Below, piece after piece: positions 13,601 through 25,600 of a stretch of DNA of 64,000 nucleotides (position 1 is its first letter; each line of letters starts with the position of its first letter). The DNA lies in the NCBI GenBank assembly GCA_965649825.1, contig OZ287712.1, positions 62,001 through 126,000 of the forward strand, written 5' to 3'. A program made the position numbers and the translations under genes. This stretch comes from Penicillus capitatus. Its lineage: Eukaryota; Plantae; Chlorophyta. Under the pieces are notes generated by a model. That model was not told where the DNA came from. It searched no databases and saw only the letters and a program-made list of their open reading frames with translations.

Positions 13601-16600
13601 GGAAAAGTGTTACCCTGTTGATCGAGGAATCTCAAGGAAAGGATCGTGCTGAGAAGGGTCAAAGTGGACGTGTGCATGCCGCGTTCGCAAACTCTGCTGA
13701 AGCGGTCTCTCAAGGTGAAGAAATCAGTAGCGAAAGTGATCCCGAAGACGATTACGATGCGTTCGAGTTCGGAGCCTCGTCCGATACCGATGAGATGCGA
13801 TCTCAAAACGAAGCAGCCAATTGCGAGGGCGAATCTGATCACGGTGAAGATTACGATGCGTTTGAATTCCACGCCTCAGAAGAAGAAGACAGCGATTACG
13901 ATGAAAGGACTGCCGATACTCCTTATCGGGATGGCGCTGGACAGTCTGCTAGACTTGATGAAGATAGCAATGGGTGTGCTGCCTCCGATGGCCTGTCTGG
14001 AGATGATGATGTGCTCTTCATGACAAAGAACAAACAACTGATAGACATCTATGATGTCACCGGAGAGATTCTGGACTTGTTGTTGGACGTCACTCGTGAC
14101 AGCATCTCTGCTGCACAGAAGAGGATGGTGGAGCACTTGAAGCAACTCCGAACGCTCATGCGCACATCAGATGCACGAAACAGTCACCCATGCTTTGTGT
14201 TCAAGGACGGTGCGTTCGTGAGGGCAATCACCTTGAAGCACGCGTTTGTTATGGAAGACTACGATCTTTGTCCCCAATCTGTGACAGAGAGGTTGAACAG
14301 CGCTTTGGAAGTTGATCCGACATTCTGTATCCCGGAAGACATTTCCTTCTCAGACAGCGCCGTCGCTGACATCGGCATTCCTCGAGAGGGTTACTGCTTC
14401 ATCGCCACCGTCCATCTGGATTCAGCATCGCTGAAGAGGCCACCGCTAAGTGCCCCGACCCTCAGCAGACTGACCCAAATCCGATGCCCTGTTTACCAAA
14501 CGTCCGACATCATGGTCATCGCAGAGGAGAAACTCCATCATGAACTTGCCAACGAAGAGAAAGAAACGCTCCCTTATCTGCTGGAACAGATCAATGCAGT
14601 ACGAGCTGCAGTCATTGGCGCAGATCCTGGACACCCGTGTGAAGATTTCAGAAGAATTCTGAGGTGGATCAGCTTCATCACGAATCATCCGAGAACCCTG
14701 AGTCTGGAGAAGAGGTGTATGTTGGGAGCCAAGTTTTTGTACTTGGCTGCATATCCAACGGACATCCAGGATTCAGTACTGCAGAACTGCTTTCCTGATG
14801 CCTTCAGAGCTTTGAAAACCAATCTTGCCATCCTTGTACCGGAGAACCCATTCACATTCCAGGAAGCCGAGAAATCAGGGTGCAGGACGATATTGCTCAA
14901 GTGGTTTGGGCTTTCATTGGAGGTGCCAACCAAAACAACGGAATCACCTCGAGGACTCGCTACACCAGAGCTGTTTCTGTGCCCGACAGCCTCGGTGTGC
15001 GAAAACATAGCCCGAATATTCGCATCCATCTGCACAAACGCACCTCTGTTGCTCGAAGGAGCCCCTGGAATAGGTAAGCAATCATCATCTGCAGATTCCT
15101 TCCAGCCTTGATTCTTGTCTATCAGGGAAAACGGCAATCATTACGCAAGTTGCTCAGGTACTTGGAACAGATCTGGAGCGCATTAACTGCTCCAGTGACT
15201 CCACAGTCGAGCAGCTGTACGGATCCGTGATGCCAATGTATATCGACAATCGCAGAGTCTTCGAATGGAGAGATGGCAAGCTGCTTAAGGCTCTGAAAGA
15301 GAAGACATGGATTCTATTGGACGAAATCAATCTGTTGCCTGCTCAGGTGTTGGAATCCCTCGTTCCTCTGCTCAATGGCTCTGCAGAGGCAGAGGGATTC
15401 GCAGTACCTGGCAAGCTGGATCAGGAACGCCTTCGTGTGCAAGGAGCTCGCATCTTTGCTACAATGAATCCGTCCGTGGAGGGAGGAGGAAGGACTCGAC
15501 TGTCACGGTCGATCAAGAATGCCTTCGTTACCGTTCAAATGGATAGCTACAGGGACGACGACCTCTATGAGATCTTAAAGAAGCAGTTCCAGGAGCTCAT
15601 TGAACAAGATCTTATCGAGGAAGACCATCTGCAGAACGTTTTCGATGTCTATAAGAGAGTTGAGCGACTGGTAGAGACCGGCCAGATTCAAGGAATGAGT
15701 CGAAAGCAGACGTTTAATCTGAGAGATCTGGCCGCCGTGCGTGACATTGTGGCCAAAACAATCAAAACTCAGATGTCGCATCATAGACTCATCACATGTG
15801 ACGAGAGCCAGGACAGTGCACCGGTGTTTGACAGCAAAGCAGTTACCCTAAGTGTGATACGCAAAGCGTTGCAGTTGGTATTCAAGCATCGTTTTCACGA
15901 CCGAGCGGCACAGGATGAAGTACAACACGTCATTGACGAAACTGTGAGATCGTCGCAGACAGAACTGTCCCACGGCAGTGCTTCAACAATAGACGTGTCT
16001 GTGAGCGAGCTCATTCGGATTGGAAGTGTTTACATGGAAAAGGATGAAAGCCAGTCATCTCGTGGATCGCTCGTTCCCACAGTCGACACTGTCTGCCAGT
16101 TGGAGCTGCTGGCAACGGCCTGTCAATCGCAAAGGGCAGTGCTTCTGGAGGGACCGACTTGTTCAAAGAAGACGTCACTTGTGAAAGAGTTGGCCGCACT
16201 GACAGGGACGCCTCTGTTTATTCTGTCACTTCATCGAGACTTCGAAGCGTCGGATCTGATTGGCCAGTGGCTCCCTGTCCTCGCCAGAGATGTCGAGATC
16301 GATTTACTGGAATGCGTGCGCAGACTGAGAAACGACGTTGCTAGTCTGGGACTGAAGGGCATCGAGAGGACACCGCACGACAAGAGAGTTCTGGTTTACA
16401 AGACGCTGAAGAAGTTATACACAAAAAGCAGCTCAACCGTCACTCTTGAAGAAGCAAAACATACGATCGAGAGCATCAAAATTGCGATCGAAGCACTGAA
16501 GGGCTGCCGCAGCACGTCGACGGGCTGGAATGCGCTGACGAAGATGGCATCAGATTTGGAAGACAGAGTGTTCGCGTGTGCAGATGCGTCGGCGTCGACT

Positions 16601-19600
16601 GTCTTCAAGTTCGTCGAATCGAATCTCGTCAAAGCCCTCAAGGCTGGGTCATTTGTTCTATTTGATAACATAAATGCCGCATCTCCAGACGTGATTGACA
16701 GGCTCCTGTCGCTGTTCGAGGAAGTTCCGTTTCTTAACCTCCACGAGCACTCAGATGGAGAGAGACTCACCGTTGGTTCGGGCATCCATCCAACGACGCG
16801 CATCTTTGCCACGGCAGACAGAAAGAAGATGAACACTTTCGGCCTCTCCAGTCCATTGCTGAATAGAATGATCAAGATTTGGCTGCCGCAGATTGACGCA
16901 GAGGTGTGTGATCTGGAACTCGATGAGCTCGAGCGCCATGAGATCGTCGACATTGTTTCGAACAAGTTTGAAACATATGCCGGACACAGGGCAGCTGCTC
17001 TGCTTGTCTCTTCCTTCCACGGAAGGGTGACAAGACTGGCGAAGACTTCTGAGATCTCCATTACGAAAGACGCCAAGATCAGCTTCAGGATGCTGGAGCA
17101 AGCCTCTTCTGTCATCCGCTCTTGGTTAAGCAAGAATGAGAGTCTCTTTTCTGCTGTGGCGTGGGGACTGTGGAGAACGTATGCATCTGTGCTCGAGAAT
17201 GAAAGAGATCTGAAGCTGTTGCAGACAACAATGTGGCAGTTGTGTGATCAGATCACCGATCTTCCTCTGGATAGATTCTACACTGTTAATGGCAGGTCAG
17301 ATATGCTCACATCATTCCAACAGGAAAGCAGCGACATCCAGTCTGTCTTCGCGCATTTTGTTCAAGCGTGTATGAAACGCATACTCAGACGGATCCTGGA
17401 CATCGAAGGTCATCCCAGTTTCCTCAAGGCAATAACGCTCTTTCTCAGAAAGCTCTTTTTGAAGCTTCACCCACAAGAAATCTCAAATGCAAATGACATC
17501 CTCAAGAACGCCAGGACTGCATCCGAATTCGCTCACCTGTGTGCTCAGAGAGGAAGCTCCGTCGCAAGATACCTTGAAGAGACGAGCGAAACAGAGAGCA
17601 GAGGATTTCAGTACTTTAGTCAAGACCCAGAAAGGTTGACAAGGATGGCCAAGCGATTTGTGCGCAACTCGACCTTCGTTGACTGGAGGCAAAGGAAGGC
17701 CTTCGTCCAAGATGTGGGTCTGGTGCTCAAGAATCTGCATTCTGTTCTGGACGATGATGCGATGGACGATGTCGAGGAACTGGTGAACGACAAGAGACTT
17801 GTGAAGACGCTGTCGTCTGTCAGGCGTGTGATACAATACTTCCATCCACTGGAGAGAGAATCGTTTGTCAAACATGCCGAGCACTTAAGCGCACTCCAGC
17901 AGCAGTGCAGCGACAAGGCCTTGAGATTCAACATTCGGAAGATGCTTGGCTGCACTCTCGTGGAAGCGGACACAAAGCTTCTGCTCTCCATTCGGAGCTT
18001 GGCAACGGAAGCCGACGTGTCTACGACGGATATCAACAAAACTGCCATCTCTTTCTCCTTCGCTGCGTTGGACTTCAAAGCGTCTCTCCTTTTGGATGAT
18101 AGGCTGTTGCTTTTCCATCAGGAAAGCATTGCAGCAGAAGAGGTCATTGAGATTCAAAGAATGTTCAGTCGCTTGAAGGTCATGGCAGAGGTGCATCCGT
18201 TGATGGACAGAGCCCTCCGAGCAGGAGAGCCTCGGCAGAATACTGAAGGAGTCATCACTAGCTGCTCAGATTTGGCGCCCAGCTTCTCTCAGTCTGTCGA
18301 GCAAAACTTCTACCTGGGTAATCCTGACGGAGCTGGTCCATCGACATCGAGCGGCCATCGTCCGGATGAAGACATCGATGCGAATGCTTCCGTTCAAGGA
18401 ATCATTCAACAGTTTGACTGTCTCATGGGATCTACCGATTGTGTGCTTGCCACACAGCATGAGTTAGACAGTGCTGTTGATCTTCATAGCAGCATCTTGG
18501 CCTATCTCCAAGAAGAGGCACGAGCCGACCATTGCGTCTTAGACAAGATTGATGTCACAATTCGACGTCGGCTGCAAAGGCGACTGGAGGAGTTCAACGA
18601 AAGCTCATGCACGAGCGACTTCCACATGGTCTGGGCGGTTCTCTTCAATCCCACCGTCAAGACCTGCATTCCCTACAGAATGATGAGATGCTGTGAAGAG
18701 CATCTGTATACAGATCTATCTGGAGATGCGCCCATAGCTGCTACGATTTTGGTGGGTCAGCTCGGCTCATGCACCCCTCTCTCCGATCTGATTTCTCTCG
18801 TTGTCATCGAACAGCAACAGATGTTGCCAGATACCAAGGACAGCAAGAAGTCTATCAAACTGCAACATTATGTATGGAGCCAAGAGGGCTTGTCGACTCG
18901 CAAGTGGCTTCGGCAATGGATGAAGGCGCATGAGAACCAGTATATCGTTACCTTAGAGGAGTGCCAGTTAACAAGAGAAGGCTGTTTCGATGATCAGCAG
19001 TCGAGATTGAGCTGCACTCTGCTAACATGTCTTTACACACTGACGCGTCTGCCGGAGCACGAGATAGACATCGACCCGTCAGACGACCGTAGAGCCCGTC
19101 TGTTTATTTCCGAGTTAGAATCCCAGATGAAGACATTTAAGGGCTTCGTGGATGCGCACTTCGATGAGAAAGACAACTGCCTTTCGCGTCATCTACTCTA
19201 CGTCGATGCCACACTGAGAAGAGCCGAATTTCAGGGTGTCTTAGACATGGCAACCAAAAAGCAGATGATTGAAGCAGTTGCTCCTTTCGAAAGCACAGAA
19301 CTTGAAGTCGTGAAGAACAGCATCAATGCGAAGCTGAAGGAGATCGAAGAGAAGCTGACATCGTCTGAATGCGAATCAGCGTCTTACGCCTTTAGTCTTA
19401 AGTTACTCCTGGAAAAGTTAAAGGACTGTCCTGTTCAAGAGCTGACAGTTTGCCTCAAGAGCCTTCTTCAAAAAACAGAGCATCGTTTTGGCGATTTCTT
19501 TGCTGCTCTGGATTTCATCTCGCCGGTCCTGAAACTAAAAGACTTCTTGATAGGATACTTGACAGAAGCCGTCAATGTCAAGAGCTGGAAGACATGCCAA

Positions 19601-22600
19601 ATGACTCGGCTGTTTATATCGGACGTCGTTGCAAGTTTTGTCGCCCTCTTGGTCATTGATGACGACGGTGTGAGGTTGGACACGACACATCCGTTGAAGG
19701 ATTTTGATGATTGGCAAGAGAGGTTTGATCGCCTGACCGCCAAACTGTCAGTCCCTCCAAGTCTGCTAACAGAAAATGATCTCCACGACGTTTTTCGTAA
19801 TCTGAAGAGACGATTCGAGGATTTGAAGTCGAAAGGCATTGCTAAGGATAGCGCCTGTGCGGTCGACAGTCACATCGATGAAGGGGGCGCGTCAAAAGAA
19901 CAGAATGGGTATGCGACGACGCAAGAATGCATGGCCATGAGGAGGTTATATGACCTGAAACGGGATTTCCAAGAGTTGTGGAAGAAAGCAAAGAGCCATG
20001 AGCTGCCATTAACGTCTGTCATGTTTGAAGCCATGAAGAGCGTTCAGGCGCTCGACTGCCTTACCCAGGCTGATGTCAATGAGATCTCTCTGGCGAGATA
20101 CCAGGTCAAATTGGACAATCTCAAAACGAAGATGGCTGAACCACATCTGCAAGAAAGCAGCCACACAGAAGATGTCCTCTCTGAAGCACTGCAGGATCTT
20201 CTGACAACGCGAGCAGGGTGTGTTGCTGCCGCCGATTTCTCCTTTACAGCATACGAAGCGGACCTCGCCAGCTCAGCGGATGTTCAGAGAGTCGTCCAAT
20301 CCATGCAACAGCTGTATTCCATCGTCTATGAGCCGCACGACACCAAAGATGTCATGGACTACTTGATCGGCATAACACGTAGCTGTCAGAGACAGTCCGT
20401 GTGGGAGATGGCCATTGAAGCTGCTCGTCGCTGTAAAGCTGAAAGGAAGCTCAAGGAGCGATGGTCTATTCTTCAAGAAATGTCAAATATGCATATCTTT
20501 TCAGATGATCTCTCTATCAAGATGGCGTTTCAGGAGGATGGAGCAACGAACAGTGCATTACTGGAAGCTGCAGTCGATGAACTCATTCGAGGACGAGGCA
20601 GCTCTCTGATGGAAGACTACTTGGACATCTTATCTGGATGGACGACAGGAGAAGTGCAGAAAGCAGTCGACGCTGTTTTGGACCTCTGCTGCGAAGAAAA
20701 GCTTTCAGTGATCAGGTCCTTTTCGCTATTGGAAGAACTGAGAGGACGTCGAAGACAGTTACAAGAATACCTAAATGCACACGCCTCTACCAGCGACAAG
20801 GAATTGTCCTTTGCCTGTCCGAAGCTTCATCATTGTGACGTTGCAGTTGTTTTTAGCTTCGACGCTGGCAGACTGCACAGTCTATTGCTGAACGCACCAA
20901 CACTAAGGACTGGAGCAGAATCTCTTCATAGAGATCCACATAGCCACCACGCTCATCAGCATGGGGGATTGCTTTCCCTGTGCCACTATCGTCAAGAGAA
21001 TGCCTCACCACTCGGAGTGTTCCAGAAATGTGCTCATCAGATCAATGCACTGATCGCGGCGTTCAATCAGTTCAAACTGGAGAGAGAACTGAAAAGAAAA
21101 GTGCAGGAAGATGTCGATCGTCGCTGTGCAATACTGGAAGAGGTCTACAGCGCCATGCAGTTTGTCATGATACCATGGATGCTCTCCATTCAGGATTACA
21201 GTTTTCTTTGGTCGATGGTCCAGCTGTCCTCGACAGATGCATCTCAGAAACGTGTTGAAACTCTGGACCAGAACATCAAGAACGATGAGAAGTATCTCGC
21301 AGATCTCCAACGTCAATTGGAAGACAGACGGGCACTCATCGATCTCGAGAAGCTAACACAGTCTGCTCTTCAACAAGAGAAGGATCTCAAATCCCGTATC
21401 TCTGCTGAAAAGGAAAGGATTGAGTTCCGGAGGCGAGATCTGGAAGAAGCCAATGTGCAAATGGTGGCCCGCAGAGTGGAAATCTGTGATGAACTAGCGA
21501 ACTCACTGAAACAGCTTCTGGAAGAGGGAGCTCTCTGTTTTGGCAAGACGATCGACTCCACTGGTTTCGAAGCATTCTTGCCAAGTCGGCGCTGGGAAGA
21601 CAAGGGAGAACTGTTTTCTTTGTCTCAGCTCGTATTCAGTGAAGCTGGCAATGTGCTGAACAGCAAAAAGGGAGTGAGCGCTGAAGCGCAGCACGCATTG
21701 GACAAGTGGTTGGAATCGAACAAACAGTTTTGCGACGAAGATTTGACTCGGTTAGCAGAAAACGATCCTTTCAGACAAGCACTGCAGATCATATGCAAAG
21801 CTGCAAGACTTGGAAATCTGAAGGCGGCTCAACTGTTATCGACAGTCTCGGATGCAAAGTCTTCAGAGAAGAAGGAGCTGGAAGAGATCAGCAACACAGC
21901 CATGACGATGTCCATACAGCTTAAAGAGATATGCGCTGACAGCTATTGCGATCAATCCGAGATACAGCGAATGGCCAAAGATCTTCTGTGCCTGGAAGAG
22001 CGATGCAGAAACCTGCAGGGAGAAAACTCAAGCCACACACAGAAGAGCTCTCTTGCCTACATCAAGAATCTCATCCTGCAGTCAGTTCATGTATGCTGTG
22101 CCTATGCACATGCCATGCATCCGATGCCCTGGTACAGAGATGATTTGCACCAATTACTGACGGCAAGTGGAATGGATATGCCTCTGGAAACAGCAAGTGA
22201 GGATCGAATGCTGGAAGACATGAGAATTCTTCCGTGTGTTTGGAGAACTTGCCGTTTCTCGATTCTCTCCGGTGCCAGTGAGCATTGTCTTGTGAATCCA
22301 TTCCAGCTCTCGTGGATCATGGATCGCTTTATTCATCGACATGCTCCACTGTACAAACCTGTCTCGTACGCTGGGCGTCTCTTTGGCCAAGAACTCATGT
22401 ACACGTTTGACGTGACTTTCAAGAGAGAAGACTCAGAAGGCCGTCAGCATGTGCTTTTCGATCTTGAGCTTCAGCCTCTGTATTCTCTCTCGACTCAGCT
22501 TCTGGATCTGAATGAAACGTCTCTTCTGCTTTGGACAGTTGAACAGATCCACCATTGTTTCTCTTCTTTGTCTGCAGCACTGGATCAGCTGATTCATAAC

Positions 22601-25600
22601 ATGATGAAGACCAGGAAAGACGCAGTGGCTTATCTGAGTGGCTTCTTGGCTAAGCTTTGTGAGCTGTGGTGGTACGAAGCGTCTTCTAGTTGCATTCAAA
22701 AGATGCAAGAGTCAAGAAGAGCCAACGCAATCGATTCTCTAGAGTCAAGACTGTTGGAGTGTGGCTGCGAAGAAACTGGTTTGACCACCGTGTTGATGCT
22801 CGAAGACTTCAAAGATCTCTCCAAACTCAAGAAGCATCTAATAGACAGAGGGCTGGATTTGTCGCTGATACGACCGGCAACCCATGAGATGGAGTATTTG
22901 CACGTTTTTGCAGAGTTGCTCGATGGCCTCCCATCGAAAGGAGGCAAAATGCTCCTCGACAACTGGAAAACACATCAAGCGTTCGAAACTGGCAAAGAGC
23001 ATGTCAAAGAGTGCAGCAGATTCATGGATATGCATGATGCTCTCATGAAGACAAGCTCACAAGAGATACTTCGTCGCGCTTCTGATCAAAAGGAGTCTTC
23101 ATTGGACGATGCCTGTCACAAGTTCTATCGATTGTGTCATGGAATCCACGAGGAATTAACGGCTTTGATGAACAGTGCAGTGTCCGATCTCCAGGAATTT
23201 ACTCTGAAGGCGTCCGCAATGTCGGAAAGTTGTCATTTGATTCAAGAGAGGTACCACAAGAGTGTTGATGTCTTCATCGAAGACCACCAAAGGAATGAAC
23301 AACGCACTTTTGAAGACCGACAAACAAGATTTGATGAACTCAGCACGGAACTCCAAAAGACAGCAAAGGGGCTCTGCTTGACCTATCGCCAGTTTTGGAC
23401 AGAAACGCATGATGCATTCGAGAGCGACAGCAATCCGGATTGGTATAAGAAGAAAGAGACCGGAATTCCAGATCTTTCCGAGAAGCTGTTCACAGTGTCC
23501 ACTGAACTTAAGAAGCTCTACGAGAATGGCGTGCTGCCTGAACGCTTTAGTTTTGCTGATCACGGCCTGAGATGGAAAACAACTCATGTGACCATCCGAA
23601 ACCTCGAAGTCGCTTCTTTCTTAAATTTCAGCGGCGGCAGAGTAGAGATTGGATGTTCGGGAGGTACTGGGCCAGATGTCACGATTCGTTGGCCATGGGA
23701 AGTCTACGATCAGCTTCCTCTTTCGTACAGAGTTCAGGACGAAGACAACTTTGAGCTCAGGCTTACACTTAAGTGGTCGATTGACAAGTCATTCGAAAAA
23801 GCATTCAGACTGAGAGATCTGTTTGCCTTCAACAAGTTTCCTTTGAATTGTTCGAGCTCATGTTCGCTTCGTCGAGAAAGAGAGGTAGTTGTTGGCTTCA
23901 AAGCTGTGAAGCATATCGTCTGTTTCGGAGAATACTTGCCATCAGACGATGAGGAAGATATCAGTGTCGGAGAACATGTTCAATCTCCTCGTCACAACTT
24001 GGCATCGGAATTGCACTCCCAGTTAGCCCAGTGGGAGCAATGTGTAGAAGAGTTGAAAAGGACTGTCGATGAAGAGGATGACATGCGGGAAAGAGAACGT
24101 CAAGCTGCTCTGGACTTGGAAATGGACGCAGAAGGTTATCAGATGCCCCATTGTCCACACTTTCAGGCCTCTTTGGCATGGGGTTCGACCATCGATGAGA
24201 TTTTCAGCACGGTACAAAATGCTTCCCTCCATTGTGGTTTTGACAGAAAGCGGAAAGTCCAGCTCAGCCAGGCAACGGCCACAGAACTCATTCCGCTCCT
24301 GAATCAGGCACTGGAGGATGCCAAGGGACCGTTCTTCGACGAAACGCTGCTGAGAATCGTCGATCCTTCTTCTACGGATGAAGACCTTTCACGTGTATGG
24401 ACGGCCGAGATGCAAGAGTACTCAAGACAGTTAAAGCAACTCCTGACAGAAGCCATCGATCTGGGAACGTCCGCCATGCACTCCATATTCATCATATGGA
24501 TGCAGTCGACATGTCTGGCATTGTTATCCGTTTCCTCCAACAAGGAATTGAACAGGCTTGACGAGGACTGTGGACAATGGGCACGTTCACTCGACCAGAG
24601 TCTGCTGTCATCTAGTGATAAGGTACTTGATAAACTCCGATGCGACCGAGTGCGCCAAGCAGCTGTATCCCTTGCGAACACCAGATTGGAATGGATCACG
24701 TTTTGCAAAGGTCTTGCAGAGAGTCGAAGGAAGATCGAGCATCTGGAACACCAGCCAGCCATCCTACTACCAGGAACCAGTCTTCGGCACTCGGCTAAGC
24801 TGACGATCATCCAATCGAATCCTGGGGTGTGTGAATTGAGTGGCGAAAACAGAGGGATTGATTTTGGTACTGTACTTTATGCGGCAGACAACCGAAGAGC
24901 GAAGATGGATACGCAGCTCCATCATGTTGAGATCATGAACCAGACTGCTTCGACCATGCTCATCCATGTGCTTCCGTCAAGCACCTCATCGAACATTTTT
25001 TCGGTGATGGCTCCGAGTAGAGCGCGTCTCTACGGAAGATCGTCGCATCGTTTTGCATTCCACATAAACGAGAAGGCAGTTGGCAGAGTTTGTGAGATCT
25101 GGCGGCTTGAATGCACGGAGTACAGACTGTCTGCTGAATTTGAGCTTCATGCCAACATTCAGAGACTTGCAGTGCAGCTCAGTTCAGATGAGGTGGATTT
25201 TGAAAATCTTTTGCCAGATTCGAGTGAACAGAAACGTGTCGTTTACATCAGAAATCTGACAGATCTGCCAATCCTCATCAGGAGTCAGATGCAACAGAGT
25301 GAAGTCCGTTCCGCTGTCTCCATCTATCCAGACAGGGTTCTATTGCCTCCGAGAAAAACCGAAACGATTGCAGTCCTCTTAAGACCCAGTATCTACGAAG
25401 AAACGATTGACAGTCTCGCAGTTATTGGCGCCGTACAGAACTTCAAAGAACTGAAGTTGAAGGGGAGAATCGTCCGACCGAGATTCGTCTTACTGGACAA
25501 TGAAGCCGATAGGAAGATCGACTTTGCCTACGAGATGCCGCCTGTCAGAAAGGGCCACAAAACTACTGGATACATCACACTGAAGAACATTGGCAACGTG

